The notes below the pieces were generated by a model. It saw only the letters and a list, made by a program, of their open reading frames with translations. It searched no databases and was not told where the DNA came from. The translations under genes and the position numbers were made by a program. From the human T2T-CHM13v2.0 reference genome, Homo sapiens, in the NCBI RefSeq assembly GCF_009914755.1, contig NC_060929.1: a DNA stretch of 64,000 nucleotides; one strand, 5' to 3'. This document shows, piece by piece, positions 47,290 through 62,133 of the stretch; position 1 is the first letter of the stretch; each line of letters begins with the position of its first letter.

Positions 47290-48075
47290 TTCACTTTGTC
47301 AAAGCCAGAAAGATGACATTTTGGAGCGCTTTCTCTTGCTCACCACCCCCACATCCACTTACTCTCCAAATTCTGGAATTCTGAAATTCAAAATTCCTCA
47401 CTAATCTTTTTTTACTCCTCCTGCCCTTCTTGTTGTCTTTGTTTACTCTATGATAGAATGCATAGATTACAGTTAAAGTGCCTTACTTGCTATTTCTGTG
47501 TTTACCATCCTTCCCTCTACATGTACAATGTGTTATTAAGTCAAATTTGATTGTGCAGCTATTATTAGGAACTAACTATAAAGACCTCCTATTGCTTTCA
47601 GGATAAAAATCTAAACACACTATTGTGGCTTTTGAAGCCCTACATTAATTGAGCCACTACCTCCTCAGTATCATGAATGGTGCCATCTTGCAACTATCCC
47701 CTTCAGCTTCATTTTCCACACAAATGAGTTACTCAGTTTTCCCAGTGTACATACTGCTCTTTCCCACCTTCAGGCCTTCTAATTTGCTATGCACTCTTCT
47801 GAAAATAGTTTTTCTTTGACTTCTTATTTAGTTAAATACTGCTTCTAACTCAGGTATCACTTTATAAATCATTTCTACTTTATAGAATTAACTGAATTCT
47901 CAAGTCTCTTTTTTTACTCTTAGAGAAAACTAAGCTTACCTCTTTTAATAAGCAAACCACAATTTAATGTATCTATCCATTACACTAGTAATGTGAACCC
48001 TACCAGTATAACAATTGAAGATCATATGAACAGTTGTCATTCATTGCTACAAGTGCCGAGTACACAGCAAAAATT
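47290..48075 (+). mobile_element. L2 fragments
   Basis: attgctttcaggataaaaatctaaac…tggcttttgaagccctaca…cttcaggccttctaatttgcta. Confidence 0.6.
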
Positions 48076-48499
48076 TTTAAAAACCTGTAAAATAGCTATA
48101 TAGCATAAATAAAACGTTTCTTTAGGAAAGTATCCTTTAAAACATTCAATACATGAATTAAATGATGCGCAGATTTACATTTTGCCTCTGCCTGGGACAT
48201 TTGCTTTTCAAAAATTAAATAATTGACTTTAATTTTTAAAAGTGAGACATCAGAAAGACTAAAATACTCTAAATTTTCCACAAAGTTTCATTTAGGTGGT
48301 TTGTTTTATATTTATTTAGTTTGTCTAGTTTGACATAATACCTTGTTGCAAGAAATCCAAGTGAAATAACAGTGGTCATCCATGCTTGGTGTGCCTAAAA
48401 AAGGCTTAAAATAAATAAACATATAAAAGTACAAATATAGATATGATGATCATATTTTGTTGCTATGTACTATAAAGTCTTTTTATTAAAGTTGTTTTT

Positions 48500-49600
48500 T
48501 AATTCAGATGGTTTTGTTTTTATTTAACTATTTAATACATACAAAGGATATTTAACAATTAATATTGGATAAAATACAACAATAAAATTAATACAGATGA
48601 ATACACCTCCCCCCAACAAACACACACCCACAGAGAAAAATCTGAAGATTTTATATCAACTGTGTACATGATCCTATCTCACTCTCTGTGTACTCAGGAA
48701 GTAATAATTTTGCTTTTATGTAAATTTTTCAATTGCTTTTAGATATATTGCACATAAATATGTAACCTTAAATAAAATGCTATTGTGCTTTATATGTCTT
48801 CGAATATTATTTGAAGGGAATTTTATATATATAATATATAATTAATAGATAACAAAAAATTTTTCATTCCTTGTTGTGAAACACATTGAGTCCATTTATT
48901 GCTGTAATAAATATTTCTGTTGTGAACTTTATTACTGAACTACCTTTACATTCATGTACTAGATTGCTTCTTATGCATATGTCTAGATGGTTTTAAAAAT
49001 GTAAACTACTTTTAATGGGTTTATAAAACTTAGATTTTTTTCCTGCAATGTATGAGATTTCCGTTACATTAATCTTTACCAACCTCTGAGGTAACCAGAA
49101 CTTAAACATTTTGTTTGACTGGAGCATGTAATTTATTGATTTTTGATTTTTCATTTTCCACATTGTTGATGTTTTAGTATAGTTTCCGGACAGTTGTTGG
49201 CTATTCAGATTTCCTCTTCCATAAAATCACTATTTAAAAATTTTGCCCACTTATTTTGTATTTGATTGGTTGATTATTTAAAAGAGTTCCTTATATATTT
49301 TTTATTAAAACCTTTAACATTGTAAAATATATATAATTTTTTCTAGTTGGTAGTCTATCTTTTTGTTTTCTACACAGTAAATACTGATGAATTCTTAGTG
49401 AAACATATCAATCTTTTATTTAAAACTTTATGATTTTTGACTCCCAGGATTTCTTTTTTCCTACTAATCATAAATATATAACATGCAATGTTTGATAATT
49501 TTATTTTGTTTTTATGAGTTTTTAATACATTTAGAATTGCTTTCTCGGTTTGAAATGAAATAGAGATAAAATTATATTTTTATACGAATTAAAAGTTGCT
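48500..49600 (-). mobile_element. old L1ME-like 3' region
   Basis: cctgcaatgtatgagatttccgtt…ctttaccaac…aaatttttgcccactt…gagttccttatatatt. Confidence 0.55.
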
Positions 49601-49602
49601 AG

Positions 49603-49894
49603 GGCCAGGCGCGGTGGCTCACGCCTGTAATCCCAGCACTTTGGGAGGCTGAGGTGGGCAGATCATGAGGTCAGGAGGTAAAGACCAGCCTGACCAAGGT
49701 GGTGAAACACCGTCTCTACTGAAAATACAAAAATTAGCTGGACGTGGTATAATCCCAGCTCCTGTAATCCCAGCTACTCAGGAGGCTGAGGCAGGAGAAT
49801 CACTTGAACACAGGAGGTGGAGGTTGCAGTGAGCAGTGCCACTGTACTCCAGCCTGGGCAACAGAGTGAGACTCTGTCTCAAAAAAAAAAAAAA
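49603..49894 (+). mobile_element. AluSg/Sx-like
   Basis: Full Alu with gatcatgaggtcaggag; short internal taatcccagct duplication; TSD aaaagtt. Confidence 0.93.
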
Positions 49895-51081
49895 GTTCCC
49901 CTCGGATCAATCAATAAATATTTCCAAGCCCTGTTACTCCTGTTGTTAAAGACTGGCGGTGCTTTTCAAAGTTTGAGAAAATTATAGCCTTTGGGCTTTG
50001 ATTGCAGCAGAAAAGTAAACATCAATCTAAGAAATCACTCAGCAAATTTATTGCTTTGACAATTAATATAATGTATCTTTAAATGAAAAATAAAACCTGT
50101 CCATTAAATATTTTTATTTGTGCCTGAAATATATTGAACTTGCCACATCGATCCATTAAATTATGCTATATAGTTAGAATAAATTTTAACAATTTTTGTT
50201 TTATAGTATGGGATACAAGTTTTTTAAGAAAACAAATTAATACAGAAGTATATGAGTGATTATTCAGTATGACATTTGTATCTTAGTTGAGCATTTGAGC
50301 ATAATTTTCTACTCAAATAACTTGTAAGTGGAAGATTAATCACACTGTAACTTAACCTGATTTTAATAATTTTGCTAGCTTCATATATTAGAAAAATAAT
50401 CACAAAATTTCTCTATTTTACCTAACATATATCAAATTTAAAATAATAACATTTTGTGTTTATTTTATACTACAATTTTTGCCTGTGATAAACTGGATGA
50501 TATCTCAACCACTTAGAGAAATTCGTGCTGACTTTTATATACATTTTGTTTCAATATAAATTCTTGTCATGAATCAAAAGTACCTTCAAGAGAAAATGAT
50601 TTGAACTAAACAACTCATATGATTTGGAAACACTTTTATCCTAAGTCTTTAATCTAAACTTCTTGACTCAAACAGAAAGGGATTTTTAACAGTCCACTCC
50701 TTTATTATTTCTACTGAGTTCTATCTTAAAATTGAGAATATGTATCCCCAAAGTAAAATCTACACATATATGTTTTTAAAAAGCATGTATTTATCTTTGG
50801 AAATCATTTTTCCTTGATACTTCTCTAGTGCTTCTTTTAGACTAAATGCAGGAAGTGATTTGTTTTTAATTTGGTGACAATATCTATTAAACCAATATTT
50901 AAAGTATTTCAAAATACATTTTCTCTGTATTAAAATATCTATCTCTATTTTCTATGAGTGTTCTACTAAAACTATTAAGCCGATTAGAATGGATTATTAT
51001 TTCATAGTACAAATTTGCATTTAGGAAAGGAAGGAAAACTAAAAGTATTAACATTTGGCTCTATTTTTTTGTGTAGGGGGG

Positions 51082-51375
51082 TTGTTTTTGTTGTTTATTG
51101 AGCCAGGGTCTTGCTCTTGCTCTGCTGCCCAGGTTGGAGTGCAGTGGTGAATCATCGCTCAATGCAGTCTCTACCTCCTGGGCTCAAGCAATCTTCCCAC
51201 CTTAGCCTCCTGTAGAGCTGTGACTACAGGCAGGTGCTCACCACTCAACCCGACTAATTTTTTTGTACTTTCTGTAGAGATGGGATTTCGCTATGTTGCC
51301 CAGGCTTGTCTCCAACTCCTGGGCTCAAGTGATCCACCTGCCTTGACGTCACAAAGTGCTGGGAATACAGGTGTC
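51082..51375 (-). mobile_element. AluJ
   Basis: cagggtcttgctc, ctcctgggctcaagcaatc and ctcctgggctcaagtgatcc are AluJ diagnostics. Confidence 0.9.
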
Positions 51376-51432
51376 TCCAGCAGACTTTTTGATTGTTTCT
51401 TAAATTATTTGTCTTGCAAAGTAGGTGATAAT

Positions 51433-51968
51433 ATTTGACCCAGCAATCCTGTTACTGGGGTTATACCCAAAGGATTTTAAATCATTCTACTATAAAGACA
51501 CATGCACATGTATGTTTATTGCAGCACTCTTCACAATAGCAAAGACTTGGAACCAACCCAAATGTCCATCAATGATAGACTAGATAAAAAAAAAAATGTG
51601 GTACATATACACCATGGAATACTATGCAGCCATAAAAAAGGATGAGTTCATGTCCTTTGCCAGGGACATGGATGAAGCTGGAAACTGTCATTCTCAGCAA
51701 ACTAACACAGGAACAGAAAACCAAACACTGCATATTCTCACTCATAAGTGGGAGTTGAACAATGAGAACACATGGACACAGGGAGGGGAACGTCACACAC
51801 TGGGGTCTGTGAGTGGGTGAGGGGCTACGGGAGGGACAACATTAGCAGAAATACCTAAAGTAGATGAAGGGTTGATGGCACATGTATACCTATGTGACAA
51901 ACCTGCAGGTTCTGCCCAGGTATCCCAGAACTTAAAATATAAAAAAAAGAAAGATAGAAAAAAAAAAG
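51433..51968 (+). mobile_element. L1PA6/7-like 3' end
   Basis: atttgacccagcaatc…caaactaacacaggaacagaaaacc…; A-rich tail; short deletion in the 3' UTR. Confidence 0.92.
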
Positions 51969-52371
51969 ATACTGCAAAAAAAGTACCAAAAAGAATGTGC
52001 GACAGTAGGGAAAGAAGTCTGAGTATAATCCGTCTCTGATTCTAGGACATTTCACCTTGTATGAGTGGTGACTTTCTACTGATTGAGTCAGGGCCTGGTT
52101 TCAACCTTCACACAGCAGGGCCTGCACGCAAAGTAGCAGGGAAGAAGGAGCGGACGCCTTATCGGCTCTGCACTATTGCTACATCCCCACGAAAAGAAAC
52201 TTACATTTGTTTATTAAAATGTGCTTCTCTGTGTATGAAAGAAAAAGAAAACATTAAAATCTAACATATATGTGCAAATGGGGAGGGGTTTCACATTAGT
52301 TACTCACTGCTTAGAAATTTTTTTTCTTTAAACTTTCATCACTTTATTTCCTTTGAAAATTTGCCTTCAAT

Positions 52372-52830
52372 TAAAAAATTAATTATTTATAAAATTTTTA
52401 TTGGTACATTATAGGTGTATATATTTACGGTATACATGAGATGTTTTAATACAATATGAAATAGGCACATGATGGAGAATGAGGTATCCATTTCCTCAAT
52501 CATTTTTGAAATACAAACAATCCAATTACATTCTTTGAATTATTTTAAAATATACAATTAAGTTATTATTGGCTATAGCCACCTATTGTGCTTTCAAAAC
52601 ATAGGTCTTATTCATTCCTTCTATTTTTTTCATATCCATTAACCATCTCAACTTCCCCACAAACCTCCCATTACCATTCCCAGCCTCTGGTAACCATGCT
52701 TCTACTCCCTATGTCCATGGTTTCAATTGATTTGGTATTTAGATCACACAAATAAGTGAGAACATGAGATGTTTGTCTTTCTGTATCTGACTTATTTCGG
52801 TTAACATAATGATCTCCGGTTTCATCCATG
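52372..52830 (-). mobile_element. L1MA1-3-like 3' end
   Basis: ataggtgtatatatttacgg…tacaaacaatccaattaca…cacaaataagtgagaacatg; TSD gccttcaa at 52363 and 52831. Confidence 0.88.
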
Positions 52831-54257
52831 GCCTTCAAGTTTTAGCCTGTGCTTTCACTATCTTCTTAAATCTGTCATTCTACTCTATTTTGTCAATCAT
52901 ACTTTTCTACTCTTTACTACTGCTCTCACTTTTTTCTACTGTACTTGAAAAAAGCCCACATTTTTTTCATATTAGACTAAGCTTTCATTAATCTGGCTTC
53001 CCCTAAGTTCATACTTTCACTTTACTGCCAACTATATCCAACTGGCTTCCGTCAAACAAAAATACATACTTTTGTCAAACATAATGTATGTTTCCTTTAA
53101 AAAAAAAAGCTGTCTTCGTTTATGCTGTTTTGTCGACTTCCCCGTTAAGAGGTTAAGCCTGTCAGTACTAAAACAAGGCAGATACAGCTTCATGTCATCA
53201 GATTCTGCACTTAACCTTTCAAAATGTGTGTGTCTTTAATCGATGTAATGAATGTGGATGTTTAATTATTCAGATGATAACTAAATGGTGTATTTCTCCA
53301 AGGAATATTTGTTATAGATGTTAATTATAGATAAAAGAGATATACCATACTGAGAAATATGTCATTCTTGTTGACTTCATTAGTATCATTGTCATTTCTG
53401 AAAATAGCTTACCATTTATTCCTGATTACCTTGAAATGGAGAAACTGTTACAGCTGCATACTTAAATGTTTCAGTTTAATTTGACTGGAAACTGCTCAAC
53501 AGTAAATTTTAGTTGGATACCCTCGGTTTTCATTGTTTTAGGCTCATGCCGTTGAACTGTAGGGAGACTGAATCGTAATAGAGAAAGCTCCTGAATATAA
53601 AAAGCCAATAACTTCCATTGCTATTTCCACTCTGAGCAGAAATTTTGAAATTATATAATTTAAAAGTTATGAGTTCTAGTTTAACCAACTCTTTATATAG
53701 AATCTATACAGACACCGAGAAAATTGGAAAAAAAAAAAAAAAGGAAAACGATTCTGGTAAATCATCTAACCTGTCTTGGAAGCTGGGTTTAGAGCTCTCT
53801 TTGGGAAAACTTAGTGAACACCAAGGTGAGCAGGAGCAGACCATGAGATAAGCGTCATTATTTAACTGAGCAGCGAGGAGATATTACAAGTTTATACAAA
53901 GGCATGAAAGTCTAGTTTTGAATTTTAGAAAAATTCAATCCAGTAGGTAAAAATTCGTTATGAGCGGGAATGATTTTGGTGTGAGACTTCCATTGTACCC
54001 CATAGGATTACTATTTAGAGTGGGGAGACTTCCTGCGCCTGAAGTGAGAGATTAGTTTTAGGATGCTAAAAAGACCCCTGGGAGTTGAAGACAGCATTGA
54101 AAACATCTTGCCACCTCATCAAGCCACCTTTTAGGAAGGAAGAATTTGTATTAATACAGCATGCTCATCTACTTATAATTTTAACATGTCAGAGCTTGCA
54201 TCCGATTTTTATAATCTAGGAGATTCTGGGAGAGCAAAGAAAGATTTAACATGTTTA

Positions 54258-54695
<438 letters not shown>

Positions 54696-54696
54696 A

Positions 54697-54989
54697 GCTA
54701 CATTAAATATATATTACCCATAGAACATCATAGCTTAGACTAGCTTACCTTAAACATGCTCAAAACATACGTAATAGCCCAAAATTGGACAAAATAATCT
54801 AACACAAAGCCTATTTTATGATAAAATATTGAATATCTCATGTGATTTATTAAATGCTGTAGTGAAACATGAAAAACAGAATGGTTGTATGCTTGCTTAA
54901 AGTGCTGTTTCTCTAAATGTGTATACCTTCTGCATCATCATGAAGTCAAAAAATCATTAAGCAAACCATGGCAAGTCAGGAACGGTCTG
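54697..54989. mobile_element. MER47A (Tigger5-derived) DNA transposon, left end missing
   Basis: gaacatcatagcttag…taaacatgctca…ctaacacaaagcctattttat…aagtcaggaacggtctg|TA. Confidence 0.88.
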
Positions 54990-55019
54990 TACTTGAAAAT
55001 ATCTTCTATACTTAACATC

Positions 55020-56300
55020 TTCAATTTCTCTCTTTCCAATCTCTGTTGAATGCCCTGAATCATCCCTTGGGCTTCACCATGCCAATAAACTTATATTTTC
55101 AACGGCACTGGTGGCTAATCCTCAGTCCTCAACTTGCTTGACCTAGGAAAAATGTTTAGTCTTTCTACGTGATATCCAAGCCACTAATTTTTCTTGGGCT
55201 TTCCTTTCCAGTCTTCTTTGCTGAATCCCACCCTTCTTCCTGATCATTTAATATTAAGGCCAGTCATTGTATGATTTCCAATATTTTTGTATACTTACTC
55301 GTTTGTGGTTCTCATTCCTTCTAAAGGTGTTCGATGACATTGATACATCGACCACTTCCTTGTTCATATTTCCTGTTTCTCTCTCCTACTCTCTCATTTT
55401 TTCTGTTCACCTGTGTACACGATATCACCACATCACCTCTCAAACTTAATATCTCAAAAACCATACTCCAGATATCCACAACAAGCCTGCTCAATCTACA
55501 CCCTTTTCCATCTCCTTTGATGGCAACTTCATATTTCCTGTTGTTCAGCCCAACAAATCTGGACTCTTCCTCGATTATTTCTCCCAGCACACAAATACTT
55601 TACCAGGGAATATTGGTTTTCTTATAAAAATATAGAGGGAGCACTACCTATGAAATTTGCTCACAACAAAAAATAAACTTGAATTTAATCACACATGTAA
55701 GTTAAGTTACAGAGTATATGATGTATAGAAGAACAGTTAGACAATGCTATAGGAAAGCAATAAGATGAATAAAAATGTGGAACATTCTGTGTGGCAATTG
55801 ACAGTGCTTCTATAATAAGACAATGACATGGGATTAAAAAGTGGGGGAATTCTATATTTGTTGAGGCTCAAGGCACACAATGAAGTGCAATGGCCATTAC
55901 TGGAAATTTCATAAAAGGACATTTTTGATAAAGTAGGGAAGTTTGATATATACCGGATATTAGATATTATTGTTATGGTTAATGTTGTTAGATGTTTTAT
56001 ATAAGGGGAATATTCTTATATTTTTTAATATTCAGCTATCCTGGGCTGAGGATGTTATGATATATCAGATTTATCTCAAGAAGCTTCCACAAGAGAAGGA
56101 CAACAAAGAAGGTGATAGATGAAACAAGTGTGATGAAGCTAGATAATTGTATCATAAGGGTGAGTCTGATGGGGCCTGGCTACTATTCTCTCCTCTTGGT
56201 GTATGATGAAAAATATTTTAAGCAAAAATGTTAAAATAGAATCTAGAATCCAACTAAATCTCACCTTATTTATTGTGACTGTACCGCTCCGTGTTAGTCA
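55020..56300 (+). mobile_element. L2 fragment interrupted by an L1MC/ME 3' end (about 55635-56235)
   Basis: L2 blocks ctcaaacttaatatctcaaaaacc and tggcaacttcatatttcctgttgttcagcc; L1MC-like 3' UTR blocks; L2 resumes at aaaatagaatctagaatcc. Confidence 0.65.
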
Positions 56301-59300
56301 CTCCAATTTTGATATTTAAATTTCATGAAACTTAGTTCTTTATATTTCTCCCAAGTCTTTCTGGCTCTATTTTCACAACACTTACATCATCCAGGAACTG
56401 CTTCTACCCTAGGCCTACCAACCAAACATTACCTATCTTTTCCTTCCAATCGCAATGGAATAAATTCACTCCTTTTCCAGTGTTTGGTGGACCATATCTC
56501 ACCACATCAGTAAATTTTTCTGTTTACATTTTTTTTCTTTTTAGTACTAATTTCCTTACTTGAGTTACAGTATTTTCAGTGGTTGGAGCACAATAAAGGC
56601 ATATAAAACTATCAAGGAAGACTGAGAAGGAATTGGGAAACAATCAAAGATGAAAGGGCCAGAGACAATGTCCATGACCAAACCCATTAAACCTAAAACT
56701 TATTTGAGAAACAGGTCATAGTTAAGGAAATGAAACTTACCACAGAAGACACCGTGAAGCTTATATCTGGAGTTTTTTGCTCTGTTTATTCTCTTAGAAT
56801 TAACCATTTAAGGTAGTGATGCAATTTTAGTATTTTTGCTCTACCACATATATCTTCTTATTTCTCTGAGTGACTGCATCTTTAATGAGCAAATATTATA
56901 ATACTATCAAGTGAAGAAAAACTTTATAAAAATGATTATTAAAGAAAGTGACTTAAAATTGGATCAATATTCTGGTTTTGAAAACAGTAAATGGTTCTGT
57001 TCACATTAGGAAAAACAGTAATATTTTGCTAAATAGTATCATTTTTCTTAATATTTAAATAAATTACATTAAGCTTAAATCCTTAGATGTTTTATGTTTT
57101 CTTTTAAAAAATATTAATATAGAATATAACTTCAAAAGAATTGGAAGATTTCAGGTAATGTACTTCTAGCACAGTCTATAGAATATATTCTGGGGGAAAA
57201 AGTAGACTTTCTGCCACTTTCTGTGTGCTACATAAAAAAGTGATTATGTTCACTCCATGAAATTTCCTTGAGTTAATTAAGTTACAAGAAGACTAACTGA
57301 ATAGCCCTGTTTGTTTGAATTTTTGGCATTGGTACTGTGAATAAGTGAAATTGATTTTCTACAGAGTTATTTTCATTCAGTATTACCAACTAGGCTCTGG
57401 CTCTCTAAGTATGACAAACATGTTTTTAAAATGGATTATTTATAAAGCATAAGGAAGAACATTTTGGAAGACCATAACAATACCCATGAATAATGGTTGT
57501 ATGAATTAGAAGTTTGATTTTGGAGTACAATATCTCTATGTTTTCAATAAGCTGTTGAGCAAGCCAAGGATTCTTAATTCAAAGCACATTCAGCATTTAT
57601 ACAGACCCAGCTTTTTATTCTCTTGCTCTGTTTTCAAAGATGTATACAAAATTAATATAAACTCTCTAATCACTTACACAATCTGGGAGCATAGAATATA
57701 AAAAATAAATGGACCAAACCAATTTAACTGTCTTTATTAGAGCAAAATATGCTAAGAAATTTTATCAAGGTGACAAGTAATTATTTGTTGTATATAATTA
57801 TACAGAGAGTTTTAAACAGCTTTTTATAATAAATTGGTATAAAGAAATCCCACCATCATGACCAAAGACAGTATCTTGCTAAATGGCCCTGAAGTGTCTT
57901 AGTTACAATTTCTAACATTCCCTAGCAAATTCCTAAAAATGATTTACACAATTAGAGACTATTTATAGAGAGTAGGTTCACTGATATACTTACATCTGAA
58001 TCCTGGAAGGGGTGGAGTGAGGAGGGAGTTATTCCTAACAGAAATCAGTAGCCTATGTAGTAAGGATAGGGGAAAGTAATCATTTATTTACCTAACTACA
58101 TTTTAATCAATATATTAGCATTTCTGTTTTGGAGTTCTCATTCTGTAACCACTTGTTTCTCTAAAATGAATTGCCTAACCCACACAAACAAAATGAGGAA
58201 AATCACACAAATCATATAGAACAGGGGTCTTCATTTTATGACACATGTACCTATGGCATTACAGAAAAGCTTTCTAAAAACTCATGCACACATTATTTTA
58301 AAGGAATATTTTTCTAGATACTTAACTTTTATATACTTTTTCCTAGTTGATCTGCTTGACAACTATTGTTCCTATTTCAATCTTCTCCTTCACTAGTGTG
58401 CTTCTGTCATTTTTACAAGTACAAGCACATTTTACATCTCAATAAGGTATATTGCCCTATACTGTAAAATTTTCAGAACAATTAAGAAGAGAGATAGTTC
58501 TAAGTGTAATACTTAAAGTCTTTCTTACAAAAACATCATAACCCTGCCATACACCTAAATTAAATACATTTCCAATAAAATTTATTTTATAATTAAACAT
58601 TTCCAAAAGTTGCAATATATCTTATTATTGTGGTCAATGGTGAACTATTAAAAAATGAATGCTGTCTTAAACCAGGAAAACACTTTATTGGCATAGGAAA
58701 TATTTTAAAGTGTATGTAAATTATAAATAATTTAAATATAATGCACACAACACACTCTCTGTTTTTAAATATATATAAACACATGTATAAAAATATTGAA
58801 GAAATGTTTTAGAGAAGATAAACTTAAAGCAAAGTTCAAAGATAAAAAATACAAAATATATTACTATTTAAGAGGAGCTTGTTTATTTGCTCTTTATATG
58901 GTTGCTTGAAAATCACTCTATTAGAGTAAATGTAATACATCTGAAAGTAATGTAAATTTTAAACAACTTAAAATTTGGTGGGGAATACATCCTTTGTTAC
59001 TGTTTACATTAATAATAAAAATTTAAAAGATCAATTAAAAATGTGACAAGAATATAAAAAATTAATATATAGATTCAAGAGAAAAAAAATTGAAGATAAC
59101 TAATCCAGAAGCCATTCTATTTGTCTATTCTGCCTGGTCTGTGATCTGTAATGTATTTATTGCTTTAATTTCCATAAATACTGTGGCTTTGTGTCAGCTT
59201 CTGGTGTTTTTTAGGTACACTGATAGGCAAACAGGGTTGGATTCATTTTGCAAGGCTTGACATCAATTTTAATGCTCTCAAAATGCATACCACGGAAGGC

Positions 59301-60537
59301 AACAACTCTGATCCCAAGGTTCTGGTATTGTTTTTCCAGGTTTATCAATAACTTGTCTCTGACTGCCAGGACAGATAACCCTAACAATGAACACCATTGG
59401 GTCATATATTAATTATTTTATTTATTTGTATTTTTAATTGACGTATGACATTGCATGTTTTTTTGTAATGTAAAATGTGATGTTTCAAAGTATGTATACA
59501 TTGTGAAAAGGTCAAATCTAGCTAATTAACAAATACATCAACTCACGTAGTTATCATTTTTCTGGTGAATACACATAACATTAACTTTCTATTTCTCAAG
59601 AATACAATATATCATCATCAACTACAATCGTCTTGCTCTACAATACATCTCCTGAAATGTATTCCTTCTATCTAACTGTAAGTATGTGTTCTCTGGTTAA
59701 CATCACCGCAACTCCCCTAGACCCCTAGCTCTGATATCCACCATTGTATTTTCTACTTCTATGAGATCAATGTTTTTACATACCAGTAGGAGTCATATCA
59801 TGATATATTTGTCTTTCTGTGCCTGGCTTATTTCACTTAACATATTGTCCTCCAGGTTCATCCATGTTGCTCACAAATGACAGAGTTTTCTTTTTTTTAT
59901 TGCCAAATAATATACCACATTTTCTTTCTTTATTCATCTATTGGTGAACATTTAGGTTGATTCCCTCTCTTGGTTACTGTTAATGGTACCGCAATGAACA
60001 TCGATATGCAGATGTCTATTCAAGATAATGATTTTATTTAGTTTGGATATATACCCGTATGGGATTGATTAACCACATGTTAGTTCTACTTTTAATTTTT
60101 TGAAGAACCACCTTATTGTTTTCCATTATGGCTGTTTTAACTTACATTCTCACTAATAGTGTGTAAAGATTCCCTTGTCTCCACATCCTTGCCGACCATT
60201 TTTATCATGCAACTTTTTGATAATAGCCATCCTAACCAGGTGCAGTGATATCTCATTGTGGTTTTGGCTTGCATTTCCCTGATGTTTAGTGATGTCGAGT
60301 ATTTTTCATAGACCTGTTAGTCAACTATGTCTTATTTTGAGAAATGTCTGTTAAGGCCTTTTGTCCATTTTTTAATTAGGTTATTATTATTTTTATGCTT
60401 TCGAGTTATTTGAGTTTCATATATATTTTGGATATTAACCCCTTTTCAGATATATAGTTTGCAAAAATTTTCTACCATTTTGTAGATTATCTATTTACTC
60501 TGTTGAGTGTTTCCTTTGCTGTGAAAAAGCTTTTTAC

Positions 60538-60843
<306 letters not shown>

Positions 60844-61222
60844 TTATTCAAATGTAATCCCAATTGTCTATTTTTGTTTTTGTTGCTTTTGTGTGTGTGT
60901 GATGTCCTGACAAAAAACGACTTGCTTACACCAACATCATGAAGCATTTTCCCTGTTTTCTTCTAGTAGTTCCTAGTTCCAGGTCTTAAATTTATGTCTT
61001 TAATTCATTTTGAATTGATTTTTGTGTCTGGTGAGAGATAAGGATCTACTTTCATTCTCTTGCGTTTGTATATTCTGTCTTCTCAACACCATTTTTTGAG
61101 AAGATGATCATTTCTCCAATGTGTGTTCTTGGCACATTTGTTGAGAATCAGTTGGCTGCAAGTGCATGGATTTATTTCTGGCTCTCTATTCTTTTCCATT
61201 GGTTTACATAACCATGTTTTTA

Positions 61223-62004
61223 AATTATACTTTAAGTTCTAGGGTACATGTGCACAACATGCAGGTTTGGTACATAGGTATACATGTGCCATGTTGGTTT
61301 GCTGCACCCATCAACTCGTCATTTACATTAGGTATTTCTCCTAATGCTATCCCTCCCCTAGCCCCCCACCCCCTGACAGTCCCCGGTGTGTGATGTTCCC
61401 CACCCAGTGTCCAAGTGATCTCGTTGTTCAATTCCCACCTATGAGTGAGAACATGTGGTGTTTGGTTTTCTATCCTTGAGATAGTTTGCTGAGAATGATG
61501 GTTTCCAGCTTTATCCATGTCCCTGCAAAGGATATGAACTCATCCTTTTTTATGGCTGCATAGTATTCCATGGTGTATATGTGCCACATTTTCTTAATCC
61601 AGTCTATCATTGATGGATATTTGGGTTGGTACCAAGTCTTTGCTATTGTGAGTAGTGCCGCAATAAACATATGTGTGCATGTGTCTTTATAGTAGCATGA
61701 TTTATAAACCTTTGGGTATATACCCAGTAATGGGATTGCTGAGTCAAATGGTATCTCTAGTTCTAGATCCTTGAGGGATAGCCTCACTGTCTTCCACAAT
61801 GGTTGAACTAATTTACACTCCCACCAACAGTGTAAAAGTGTTCCTATTTCTCCACATCCTCTCCAGCATCTGTTGTTTCCTGACTTTTTAATGATTGGCA
61901 TTCTAACTGGCGTGAGATGGTATCTCATTGTGATTTTGAATTGCATTTCTCTGATGACCAGTGATGATGAGTATTTTTTCATGTGTCTGTTGGCTGCACA
62001 GATG
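61223..62004 (-). mobile_element. L1PA5-like 3' end inserted in L1MA
   Basis: ttatactttaagttctagggtacatgtgcacaac…; ORF2 C-terminus; TSD tacataacc(at)gttttta at ~61205 and ~62007. Confidence 0.93.
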
Positions 62005-62133
62005 GCTACATAACCGTTTTTATGCCAGGAACATGCTGTTTTTGTTACTATAGATTTATAGTATATTTTAGTCGCATAGTGTGATGCTTCTTGCTTTATT
62101 ACTTTTGCTTGAGTTTGCTTGTGGTTTTTGCTT

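Noticed and set aside
53700-53745. U6 snRNA retrocopy (aaaattggaa followed by an A-run)
   Set aside because: Only about 10 nt match U6; the flanks do not match and there is no TSD.
59200-59405. Possible coding exon or pseudogene fragment after ttttttag
   Set aside because: The translation resembles no family I recognise, no good donor follows, and there are no partner exons.
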